Assembly (NCBI GenBank): GCA_021809895.1
Contig: JAJZJU010000002.1
Location: 1 to 52,398, forward strand
DNA length: 52,398 nucleotides
Direction: 5' to 3'
DNA from: a bacterium
GTDB taxonomy: Bacteria; Chloroflexota; Dormibacteria; Aeolococcales; Bog-877
Below, in pieces: positions 17,882 to 26,316 of the stretch. The number at the start of each line of letters is the position of its first letter. Within the stretch, counting starts at the first letter, position 1. The translations under genes and the position numbers were made by a program. Below the pieces are notes generated by a model. It was not told where the DNA came from and searched no databases. It was given only the letters and a program-made list of their open reading frames with translations.

Positions 17882-18811
17882 TTGCCATCGCTGAATCAGG
17901 CTGCCAGAACGGCGATCCTGGCCGCCGCCCAGAACCGAGCGACCGAAGGCCTGATGAGCCGCTACGGGATGCGCCTGGGAGCCTCCCGGTTCGTGGCCGG
18001 GGAGACCCTGGACGAGTGCATCGAGGTCATCCGCGATCTCAATCGGCAGGGCTTCAAGTGCAACGCAACCGAGCTGGGTGAGGCCGTCGAGAGTGAGAGC
18101 GACGCCGCCCGGGCGGTGCAGGACTACGAGGCCCTGCTGCAGCGGCTGGCCCGGGAGAAGCTCAACGCCAACGTGGCGATCAAGCCGACCCTGATGGGGC
18201 TGGCCATCGACGAGGACCTGGCCGAACGCAACCTGGCGCACCTGCTGGAGGTGGCGCGGGGCCTGGGCATGTTCATGCGCATGGACATGGAGGAGTCGGC
18301 CCGGGTGGCGCCGACCCTGAGGCTGTACCGCGACCTTCGAGCTCGAGGGTTCGACAACGTGGGCTGTGTCCTGCAATCCTACCTCTACCGGACGGCGGCC
18401 GACCTGGACTCCCTCTTGGAGCTGCGACCCAACCTGCGTCTTGTGAAGGGCGCCTACCTGGAGAGCCGCGAGGTCGCCTACTCCAGCAAGGTCGATGTGG
18501 ACCGCAACTACGTGCGGATCATGGAGACGGCTCTGCTGGGGGGCGGCTACACCGCGATCGCGACCCATGACGAGCGCATGATCGAGCACGCGATCGGCTT
18601 CGTACAGCGTCACCAAATAGGTCGCGACCGCTTTGAGTTCCAGATGCTGTACGGGGTGCGCCCCCAGCTGCAGCGCTCCCTGGTCGCCCAGGGCTACACG
18701 GTCCTGGTGGCGACCTCCTACGGGACCCATTGGTATCCCTTCTTCATGCGACGTCTGGCGGAGCGACCCGCCAACCTGCTTTTTTTGGCGCGCAACATGG
18801 TCCGCCGCTGA
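17882..18811 (+). CDS. Proline dehydrogenase (monofunctional PRODH)
   Basis: The RBS AAGGAGG (17866-17872) lies 9 nt before TTG 17882. RFVAGETLDECIEVIRDLNRQG, IKPTLMGL, LVKGAY and the ATHD motif are typical of monofunctional bacterial PRODH. Confidence 0.9.
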   Translation: MPSLNQAARTAILAAAQNRATEGLMSRYGMRLGASRFVAGETLDECIEVIRDLNRQGFKCNATELGEAVESESDAARAVQDYEALLQRLAREKLNANVAIKPTLMGLAIDEDLAERNLAHLLEVARGLGMFMRMDMEESARVAPTLRLYRDLRARGFDNVGCVLQSYLYRTAADLDSLLELRPNLRLVKGAYLESREVAYSSKVDVDRNYVRIMETALLGGGYTAIATHDERMIEHAIGFVQRHQIGRDRFEFQMLYGVRPQLQRSLVAQGYTVLVATSYGTHWYPFFMRRLAERPANLLFLARNMVRR

Positions 18812-18874
18812 GCCAGCCCCGGGCCCTCACGCCAGCGGCCGGGGCCGGCAACCGAGAACACAGGAGATTTCTGG

Positions 18875-20425
18875 ATGATCATCCCGCCCTTTAGCAGCGA
18901 ACCCGCGCTGGACTTCGGACAGGCCTCCAACCGCACCGACTTTCAGGCCGCGCTGCGACGGGTGGAGGCGAGGCTCGGGGCTCGCTACCCGCTTCTCATC
19001 GGCGGCGAGCCGGTCGACACCAGTGAGAGCATCGAGTCATACAACCCGGCCCACCCCCACCAGCTGGTGGGCAGCCACGCCGTCGCCGATCCGTCCCACG
19101 TGGATCGTGCGGTCCAGACCGGCTGGGAGGCATTCCCCGCCTGGTCCAGGACCCCGGTCGAGGAGCGCGCCCTGCTGCTCCTGCGGGCCGCGGAGGTCAT
19201 CCGCCAGCGCCGCCACGAGCTGGGTGCGCTGATGGTCTACGAGGTGGGCAAGCCCTGGGACGAAGCCGACGGGGAGGCGGCCGAGGCGGTCGACCTGATG
19301 GAGTGGTATGCACGACAGGCGTTGGGGCTTGCGGCGCGCGACCAGATGTCCCCCTGGCCCGGCGAGGCGACCCAGTTTCGCTACATCCCCCTGGGAGTGG
19401 GCGGGGTCATCTCCCCCTGGAACTTTCCCCTGGCGCTCACCACCGGGATGACCACGGCGGCCTTGGTGTCGGGGAACTGCGTCATCCTCAAGCCGGCAGA
19501 GACCGCCAGCACCACCGCCGCCTGGCTGGTGGAGATCCTGCACCAGGTGGGGATTCCTCGAGGAGCATTGAGCCTCTTGAGCGGGCGCGGAGAGGTGGCC
19601 GGCGAGGCGCTGGTGGACCATCCCCAGATCCGCTTTGTCGCCTTCACCGGCTCGAAGGAGGTGGGGATCAGGATCTACGAACGCGCCGCCAAGGTTCACC
19701 CCGGGCAGCGTTGGTTGAAGCGGGTGCAGCTGGAGATGGGGGGCAAGAACGCGGTGGTGGTGGATGAGACCGCCGACCTTGACCTCGCCGCCCTCGACAT
19801 CACCAGGTCGGCCTTCGGCTTCCAGGGTCAGAAGTGCTCCGCGGGCTCCAGGGCGGTGGTGGTCTCGTCGGTCTATGACGACCTCCTGCCCCGAGTGGTG
19901 GAGCTGACCAAGCGGATCCGCATGGGCGACCCGGTGGACCCCGATGTGGGGCTGGGGCCGGTGATCGACGGCGACGCCGAGGAGAAGATCCTGGACTACC
20001 TGCAGGTGGGCCGCGATGAAGGTGAACTGCTGACCGGAGGCGGCCGGGCTGAAGGCGAGGGGCATTTCATCGAGCCGACCATCTTCGCCGGGGTCGCCGA
20101 GGGCGCCCGGATCGCCACCGAGGAGATCTTCGGCCCGGTGCTGGCGGTGGTCAGAGCGCGTGACTTCGAGGACGGGATCAGGATCGCCAACCAGACCGAG
20201 TACGGGCTCACCGGGTCCTACTTCAGCCGGGACCCGGAGCGGATCGCCTACGCCAAGGAGCGACTCCATGTGGGCAACCTCTACATCAACCGCCGTTCCA
20301 CCGGCGCCCAGATGGGGGTCCACCCCTTCGGGGGATTCAACATGAGCGGCACCGACACCAAGGCCGGGGGGCCCGACTACCTGCTGTTCTTCCTCCAGGG
20401 GCAGAGCGTGGCCGAGAAGCTGTAG
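18875..20425 (+). CDS. L-glutamate gamma-semialdehyde (1-pyrroline-5-carboxylate) dehydrogenase
   Basis: ALDH family, with ELGGKN-like EMGGKNAVVVD and the catalytic Cys in FGFQGQKCSAGSR. The 516-aa length and N-terminus match stand-alone P5CDH. The RBS CAGGAG lies upstream. Confidence 0.9.
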   Translation: MIIPPFSSEPALDFGQASNRTDFQAALRRVEARLGARYPLLIGGEPVDTSESIESYNPAHPHQLVGSHAVADPSHVDRAVQTGWEAFPAWSRTPVEERALLLLRAAEVIRQRRHELGALMVYEVGKPWDEADGEAAEAVDLMEWYARQALGLAARDQMSPWPGEATQFRYIPLGVGGVISPWNFPLALTTGMTTAALVSGNCVILKPAETASTTAAWLVEILHQVGIPRGALSLLSGRGEVAGEALVDHPQIRFVAFTGSKEVGIRIYERAAKVHPGQRWLKRVQLEMGGKNAVVVDETADLDLAALDITRSAFGFQGQKCSAGSRAVVVSSVYDDLLPRVVELTKRIRMGDPVDPDVGLGPVIDGDAEEKILDYLQVGRDEGELLTGGGRAEGEGHFIEPTIFAGVAEGARIATEEIFGPVLAVVRARDFEDGIRIANQTEYGLTGSYFSRDPERIAYAKERLHVGNLYINRRSTGAQMGVHPFGGFNMSGTDTKAGGPDYLLFFLQGQSVAEKL

Positions 20426-20433
20426 GCCCGGCC

Positions 20434-21507
20434 TTGGCCGCTGTCCGCGACGTCCTCGCAATCGACCTGCACGCCGCGGGTGAGCCGGGGCGGGTGGTGG
20501 TGGGCGGAGTCCCCGACCTCCCCGGGGGCAACATGTTCGAGAAGATGCAGTATTTCCGGACCCACCTGGACGAGCTCAGACTGCGGATGCTGCGCGAGCC
20601 GCGCGGGTACCCGGCCGCCAACTGCAACGTCATCCTGCCCCCGACCGACCCAAGAGCCGCCGCCGGCTACATCATCATGGAGCAGGTCGAGTATCCGCCA
20701 ATGTCGGGCAGCAACACGATCTGCGTGGCGACCGCCCTCATCGAGATGGGGATGGTGGAGGTGACCGAGCCCCTCACCACCTTCACCCTGGAGGCGCTGG
20801 CCGGGCTGGTGGAGATCCGAGCCGAGGTGGTGGACGGCCGGGCCCGCAGCATCACCTTCGAGAACGTCCCCAGCTTCGTGATGGCGCAGGACTTGGAGAT
20901 AGAGGTCCCCGAGCTGGGCCGGGTCGTGGTGGACGTCGCCTGGGGCGGGATGATCTACGTGCTGGCGGAGGTTGACCGGCTCGGGCTGGAGCTTGTTCCC
21001 TCCCGGGCCAGGGAGCTGGCTCGAGCCGGGGAGATGATCAAAGCGGCAACCTGGGAGCAGGCGCCCCAGACGCATCCCGAGAACGAGGAGATTCAGGGTC
21101 CGACCATCGCCCTCCTGGCCGGACCTCCCAGCGGTCCTCACGCCGATGGGCGCAACGCCGTCGTGGTCTCCACCGGGCAGCTGGACTGGGGCCGTCCCGA
21201 CAGCTGGACCGGGGCCCTGGACCGCTCCCCGTGCGGCACCGGCACCTGCGCTCGCATGGCGCTCCTCCACGCCCGGGGGCAACTTCCGCTCTTCACCGAC
21301 TTTCGGCACGAGGGAATTCTCGGCACCCTCTTCACAGGCCGGTTAATTGGTGAGACCATGGTCTCTGGTAGACCAGCCGTGGTTCCCACGATCACCGGGC
21401 GTGCCTACGTGACCGGGCACGCCCGCTACGTCCTCGACCATGACGATCCGTTCCCAGCCGGATTCACCGTGGGCGACATCTGGGGGACCGCGGAGGCATT
21501 CCATTGA
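20434..21507 (+). CDS. Proline racemase superfamily enzyme (4-hydroxyproline epimerase / hydroxyproline dehydratase-like) with a Ser/Cys catalytic pair
   Basis: Has AIDLHAAGEPGRVV and DRSPCGTGTCARMA (second catalytic Cys present). The first catalytic position reads MSGSNT where racemases/epimerases have MCGHN. TTG start. Confidence 0.88.
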   Translation: MAAVRDVLAIDLHAAGEPGRVVVGGVPDLPGGNMFEKMQYFRTHLDELRLRMLREPRGYPAANCNVILPPTDPRAAAGYIIMEQVEYPPMSGSNTICVATALIEMGMVEVTEPLTTFTLEALAGLVEIRAEVVDGRARSITFENVPSFVMAQDLEIEVPELGRVVVDVAWGGMIYVLAEVDRLGLELVPSRARELARAGEMIKAATWEQAPQTHPENEEIQGPTIALLAGPPSGPHADGRNAVVVSTGQLDWGRPDSWTGALDRSPCGTGTCARMALLHARGQLPLFTDFRHEGILGTLFTGRLIGETMVSGRPAVVPTITGRAYVTGHARYVLDHDDPFPAGFTVGDIWGTAEAFH

Positions 21508-21543
21508 GATCGACGGTTTAAGGCCGCAAGGCGATGAGGAGCG

Positions 21544-22209
21544 ATGATGACCAGCTCAGATCCAGTGACCCGGCACTTCCCCAATCACCTGGCGGCTGTG
21601 ATCCGCTGGGGAGACCCCGAGACGGCCTACCAGGCGGTGCTGACCGTCGCCCGAGCCGGCCTCGGCTCGGTGGAGATCACCTCCGGCACACCCAGAGCGT
21701 TCGAGCTCATCCGGCGGCTTCGGGATGAGGTCGAAGACAGCTGTGTCGTTGGGGCGGGCACCATAACCGATGCCGCGCTGGCGCTGAAGGCGGTGGAGAG
21801 TGGCGCCCAGTACCTGGTCACTCCCTACCTGGTCCCGGAGGCGGCCGCGGTCGCCCGTGAGGCGGAGCTGATGCTGGTGATGGGGGCGACGACTCCCAGC
21901 GAGATCGCCCAGGCCCAGGCGTTGGGTGCCGGGCTGGTGAAGGTATTCCCGGCGGCTCCCATTGGCGGCCCGGCGTACATCCAGGCGGTCCGAGGGCCGA
22001 TGCCGGATGTGCCCCTGTGGGTCAGCGGCGGCGTCGGCATCAAGGACGTGGCCCAGTACCTGAAGGCCGGAGTCCAGGTGGTGGGACTGACCAACGATCT
22101 CTTCCGCCCGGAGATCCTGACCAGCGGAGCGTGGGATCGGCTGACGGACCTGTGCCAGCAGGCGCTGGCTGAGGCCGGTGTCCGCGCCGAGGTGCCGGCG
22201 GCCACCTGA
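21544..22209 (+). CDS. eda: Eda-type class I aldolase (4-hydroxy-2-oxoglutarate / KDPG aldolase)
   Basis: VEITSGTP, VGAGTITD, and the Schiff-base lysine context GAGLVKVFPAAPIGGPAYIQAV...VSGGV are typical of KHG/KDPG aldolases. Confidence 0.85.
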   Translation: MMTSSDPVTRHFPNHLAAVIRWGDPETAYQAVLTVARAGLGSVEITSGTPRAFELIRRLRDEVEDSCVVGAGTITDAALALKAVESGAQYLVTPYLVPEAAAVAREAELMLVMGATTPSEIAQAQALGAGLVKVFPAAPIGGPAYIQAVRGPMPDVPLWVSGGVGIKDVAQYLKAGVQVVGLTNDLFRPEILTSGAWDRLTDLCQQALAEAGVRAEVPAAT

Positions 22210-22247
22210 GGTCCCGGGCGGGGCCGTTCCCCGGCTCCCATAGCCGG

Positions 22248-23711
22248 TCAGAGCAGGGAGGGCTCGACCGCGTCCTTGGGCGCGACGTCGCGACCGTGGA
22301 AGACCACCGGGCCGGTGGTTCTGCGCTTGGTCCACCACGCGAAGGCCAGGCCCATGACCAGCAGCACCGCGATCGTCTGATCGATGCCGTTCCCAATCGC
22401 CTTGGGCCCATAGATGAAGAACGCCACCAGCAGCGCTCCCATCACCACAGTGGAGAAGAGGGCGCCGACGCGAAGCAGGCGGTGCTCATGAGGGGCCAGC
22501 CAGGTGCCCGGCACCCGCCGGTGACCGATGGTGAGAAAGACGCTGGCGGTGACCGAGTCCAGGAAGAACTCGGCCAGCAAGAAGAAACCGGCGGCGGACA
22601 GCACCAGGTTGAAGAACGCGCTCAATGAGGTGATGAACACCTGGACGGTGACGACCAAGAGTGCCGACCCGAGGCTGGCGACGATGGCTATGTGCGGCAC
22701 CTGGCGGCGGTTCAGCCGGGAGAAGAAGGAGGGGATGAGGCGCTCCCGGCCCATCGCGTAGAGGGCCCGGGTCAGGATGTAGGTGGTGAGCCACAGCCCC
22801 CCGGCGGTGGAGGCGAGGATGGGGATGAGCATCACCCATGGGGCACCCGGGATCAGCCGCGCCGACCAGAGCGCCAGCGGGTTGGTGGCTCCCGCCAGCT
22901 GGTGGAGGGGTGTCTCGCCCAGCATCAGCGGGTAGAGGATCGCGTAGAAGATCAGGGCCCCGATGGCGCCGACGATCCCTCCGATTCCGGGGTGGTCCCG
23001 GGGCCTCATCGACTCCTCGGCGGCGTAGCTGTCGATCTCCCAGCCGTCAAGAATGGTCGCCGCCACCACAGCGACGATCAGGATGCCCCCGATGGGAGGG
23101 GGCCCGAAGTGGATCGGCACGCTGATGCGGTGCCAGTTCAAGGCGCCCAGGACCCCGAAGGTGGTGAGGGAGACCATCTCCAGGGCGAAGAAGGCCTGGG
23201 TGATCCTGGCGGTCGGCTTGCCGCCCATGAGCAGGGGGACCGCAGCGAACAGGATCCAGAAGATGGTGACCCCCACGTGGACCACCGGTGGCGCCTGGTA
23301 ATGGGGGGCTATCAGGTCCAGGGTGTAGCTTCCCGCCGGGATCGCGATCGGGGGAATCGAGGTGAAGTAGGCCAGGATGAGGATCCAGGCCTGGTATCTG
23401 GAGGCTGACCGCCCGATCACCCGAGCCGACCAGTGGTATGAGGCTCCCGAGTGCGGAAAGTGCTGGTTCAGGAGCCGGAACACGAAGCTCGACACCAAAA
23501 AAGGGAGGGCCAGGATCGCTACCGCCGGCAGGGTCCACCAGCCTGCGTCCGCCGCCATGACGCCCCCGGTGGCGGCCACCGAGAAGAGGGGCCCGACGCT
23601 GGACACCGACAGCGGCACCAGATCCGTGAGATGGAAGAGCTGCGCCAGCTTCGGCTCGCCGGCGGGCTCAGGCGACGTCAGTCCCTCGGCCAAGATGTCC
23701 TCTCCGCACAA
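22248..23711 (-). CDS. APC superfamily amino acid permease
   Basis: About 12 predicted TM helices with an APC-like layout across 487 aa. Convergent with the aldolase gene. TTG start; the exact start is uncertain. Confidence 0.85.
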   Translation of the reverse strand: MCGEDILAEGLTSPEPAGEPKLAQLFHLTDLVPLSVSSVGPLFSVAATGGVMAADAGWWTLPAVAILALPFLVSSFVFRLLNQHFPHSGASYHWSARVIGRSASRYQAWILILAYFTSIPPIAIPAGSYTLDLIAPHYQAPPVVHVGVTIFWILFAAVPLLMGGKPTARITQAFFALEMVSLTTFGVLGALNWHRISVPIHFGPPPIGGILIVAVVAATILDGWEIDSYAAEESMRPRDHPGIGGIVGAIGALIFYAILYPLMLGETPLHQLAGATNPLALWSARLIPGAPWVMLIPILASTAGGLWLTTYILTRALYAMGRERLIPSFFSRLNRRQVPHIAIVASLGSALLVVTVQVFITSLSAFFNLVLSAAGFFLLAEFFLDSVTASVFLTIGHRRVPGTWLAPHEHRLLRVGALFSTVVMGALLVAFFIYGPKAIGNGIDQTIAVLLVMGLAFAWWTKRRTTGPVVFHGRDVAPKDAVEPSLL

Positions 23712-23924
23712 CCATCCCGTCCATCCCTTCGCGGCCCTGAAGCCGTCATAGCTACCCAGAAGAGTCTATCTGGCTATTGCCAGCAGGATGCAACTGGAAC
23801 TAAATCGCGACACCGGTCACCGGCTTGGGGCGCGTTCCACCCAGGTGGCACCGGCGGCTAGCTGGGGAGTTCCTCCTCCCTCAGCCAGGCCAGGCGAGTG
23901 ATCGTTGATGGGCGCCTCGAAGTC

Positions 23925-25253
23925 TCACCAGAGCGGCTGGCCGCTGACCACGGGATCGGGGGGGAGCCCGATCCCCAGGTGCGCCAGCGCCTCTCCGACC
24001 ACATAGATCGAGCCCAGAACGACCACCACGCCCACCGGTCCCGCCGCCACCAGCGATCGTTCCAGCGCCTCTTGGACGGGCCCCACGATCGTGGACTCTC
24101 TCGGCCACTCCCTGGCCAGGACCCCCGGCTCCACCGCTCTGGCAGACTCCGCCCTGGCGAGGAACACCTCTTCGAAGGGGAGGGTGGCCAGCAGCTCAAG
24201 CATGCCGCGGTGGTCGTGGTCGCCCATGGAGCCGAAGACCAGCACCGCGCGACGGCCGGCCAGGCGGCGCCGCAGGTCCGGCAGGACAGCTGCCACGGCG
24301 TGGGGATTGTGGGCGGAGTCGACGATCACCAGAGGGCTCTCCCCCACCACCTGGAGCCGGCCCGGCCAGGTGGCTCCAGCAAGCCCCTGGCGGATATCTG
24401 TCTCCTGGATGGCGAAGCCCTGCTCGACGAGGCAGTCCACGACCGCCACCGAGACGGCGGCGTTGGCGAGCTGGACCTCTCCACCCAGGCCGACCGTGAG
24501 GTCCTCGTGAGCGCGCCTGGGAGTGCTGACCACGATCTTCCCAGCGGAGCCGTCCTGGCTCGGTCCGTGATATTGGACATGCCGGCCGAGCTCCCAGAGC
24601 CGAACTCCCGCGCTCCGGGCGGCCTCGCGGATCACGGGGACGGCGTCACCGGTGGCCCCGGTCACGGCCAGGTCGCCCGGCTTGATGATGGCAGCCTTCT
24701 CCCTGGCGATCTCAGCCACCGTGTTGCCCAGCTGCGCCTGATGGTCGAGGCCCACCGTCACCACCACCGCCACCCCGCCATCCCAGACATTGGTGGCGTC
24801 GAGCCTCCCTCCCAGGCCCACCTCGCAGACGGTGAGCTCCGCACCGTACTCGGCGGCGGCCAGGAACCCCATCGCGGTCAGGAGTTCATGGTGGGTGGGG
24901 AGGCCCGCGGAGCGGTCCATCTTCGACTCCGCCAGGAGCACCTGGTCGATCAGCTCCTCGAATCGCTCGGCCGCAACCGGCGCTCCACCCAGACGGATGC
25001 GCTCCCGGTAGCTGGTCAGGTGGGGCTTGGTCAGCAGCGCCACCCTGAGCCCCGCGCGCTGCCCGACCTCAGCCACCAGGGCGCAGACCGAGCCCTTGCC
25101 GTTGGTGCCAGCGACCAGCACCCCGCGCAGAGCATGCTCCGGGTTGTCCAGGGCTGCCAGCAGCGACGCGGTGGTCGCCAGGCCCAGTCTCATCCCCCGG
25201 TGGCTGGCATTGGCCAGCCGGGAGAGGGCTTGCTCATAGCTCACTTCTGGCAT
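23925..25253 (-). CDS. folC: Bifunctional folylpolyglutamate synthase / dihydrofolate synthase
   Basis: MPEVSYEQALSRLANASHRGMRLGL... followed by VAGTNGKGSVCA (P-loop of the Mur ligase family). The start is trimmed to ATG 25253, because the 182 upstream residues of the track ORF are Arg/Gly-rich and overlap the lipoprotein gene. Confidence 0.9.
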   Translation of the reverse strand: MPEVSYEQALSRLANASHRGMRLGLATTASLLAALDNPEHALRGVLVAGTNGKGSVCALVAEVGQRAGLRVALLTKPHLTSYRERIRLGGAPVAAERFEELIDQVLLAESKMDRSAGLPTHHELLTAMGFLAAAEYGAELTVCEVGLGGRLDATNVWDGGVAVVVTVGLDHQAQLGNTVAEIAREKAAIIKPGDLAVTGATGDAVPVIREAARSAGVRLWELGRHVQYHGPSQDGSAGKIVVSTPRRAHEDLTVGLGGEVQLANAAVSVAVVDCLVEQGFAIQETDIRQGLAGATWPGRLQVVGESPLVIVDSAHNPHAVAAVLPDLRRRLAGRRAVLVFGSMGDHDHRGMLELLATLPFEEVFLARAESARAVEPGVLAREWPRESTIVGPVQEALERSLVAAGPVGVVVVLGSIYVVGEALAHLGIGLPPDPVVSGQPLW

Positions 25254-25262
25254 TCTGAGGGA

Positions 25263-26303
25263 GTGATCGCTCGGGTTACTCCAATCGCGGTGCTCAGCGC
25301 TGTGGCGGCGTGCTTGCTGCTGGCTTCCTGCGGCACCAGGCCGGCGCCGCGGGTGACGCCTCCCCCTGGGCCAACGCCAACGCCGCTCGCCTTTGGGGTG
25401 CTGCCGCTGGGAGGGGTGGCGGCGGCTCCGATCTCGATCGCTCCCCCGTATCAGCTGGCTCCAACCCTTGAGCCATTTCCGGCCCAGGTTCTGGCTGCCC
25501 ATGTTCCCGCCAGCCCCGAGGTGGCGCTCAGCACCCTCGCCAGGGCCCTGGGTGTCCCCGGGCCTCCGATCAGCTTCGCCGGCGGCCTGGCCTACAACCT
25601 GGGGGCTACGACCGGCTACCAGCTGACATCCACCCCCGGCCTCTTGGACTTCAATTTCCATCCCAACACCCCGGTCGACGAAACCGGGGCCACCCCAACC
25701 GTGGCCGCGGCCGACGCCTTCGTCGAGCGGTTCCTGGCGGCGCACCACCTGCCCGGCCCCAGCGCCGGGCTCATCCCCCTCCCTCAGCTCACCGATGCCC
25801 ACGCCGCCGACCGGCGGGTGTTCTTCCAGTGGAGCCAGGACGGCTATCCCCAGGTCAGCATCACCGGGCAGCCCGCGGAGATATACGCCGACGTGGCCGC
25901 CAACTACCTGGACAACCTGTCCCTGGTCGGGATCTCCGGGGCGGTGCCGGCACCGATTCTGGGTCCCGCCGCCGCCTATCCGGCGATCTCAGCCAAGCTG
26001 CTGGTGAGGGACCTCAATCAGAGGCTGTTGAGCCCGAACTCGTATCTCCTCCAAGCCGATGGCGAGCCCTGGAGCAGTCCCTCGCCGGGGGCGACCCCAC
26101 CGGGCGGCCCGGCTCTGTTGACCAAGGCGGCTCTGGGGGTGGTCGACAGCGCCGGCTTCGCGGTCCCGGTCCTGATCCTGCAGGTTTCCGGCCGCTCACC
26201 GGTGACTGAATTCGTGATGTGCGCGGCGGCCACCGATGCCTGCGCCCCTCTGCGCTACAGCGCGCCCCTGGCCACGCCCTCGCCAGCCCCTGCCTCGGGC
26301 TGA
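25263..26303 (+). CDS. Putative lipoprotein of unknown function
   Basis: GTG 25263 gives (M)IARVTPIAVLSAVAACLLLASCG with the lipobox LLASC. The mature part is Pro/Ala-rich and then globular. The upstream 455 codons of the 801-aa track ORF are antisense to folC. Confidence 0.65.
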   Translation: MIARVTPIAVLSAVAACLLLASCGTRPAPRVTPPPGPTPTPLAFGVLPLGGVAAAPISIAPPYQLAPTLEPFPAQVLAAHVPASPEVALSTLARALGVPGPPISFAGGLAYNLGATTGYQLTSTPGLLDFNFHPNTPVDETGATPTVAAADAFVERFLAAHHLPGPSAGLIPLPQLTDAHAADRRVFFQWSQDGYPQVSITGQPAEIYADVAANYLDNLSLVGISGAVPAPILGPAAAYPAISAKLLVRDLNQRLLSPNSYLLQADGEPWSSPSPGATPPGGPALLTKAALGVVDSAGFAVPVLILQVSGRSPVTEFVMCAAATDACAPLRYSAPLATPSPAPASG

Positions 26304-26316
26304 CCGTCGCTCTCGC

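Noticed and set aside
19037-20461. A 474-aa minus-strand ORF. Similar long antisense ORFs lie at 17624-18730, 20377-21309, 11094-12056, 34648-35865, 42858-44078, 13303-14058 and 29387-30256.
   Set aside because: Each is antisense to a gene with strong family motifs (P5CDH, PRODH, racemase-like, methyltransferase, otsA, decarboxylase, PLP enzyme, GltD-like). Their translations are dominated by Arg/Gly/Pro/His/Leu and carry no motifs.
23735-23780. An imperfect palindrome, ATAGC...CCAGA-N8-TCTGG..GCTAT, upstream of the APC permease gene.
   Set aside because: The arms are short (5 bp) and mutually exclusive, with no second copy. It is plausible as a regulator site but too weak to report as a feature.
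23898-25262. The first ~455 codons of the 801-aa plus-strand ORF.
   Set aside because: This part is antisense to folC and has an Arg/Gly/His/Pro-rich composition. Only the last 346 codons, starting at GTG 25263 with a signal peptide and lipobox, look like a real protein.
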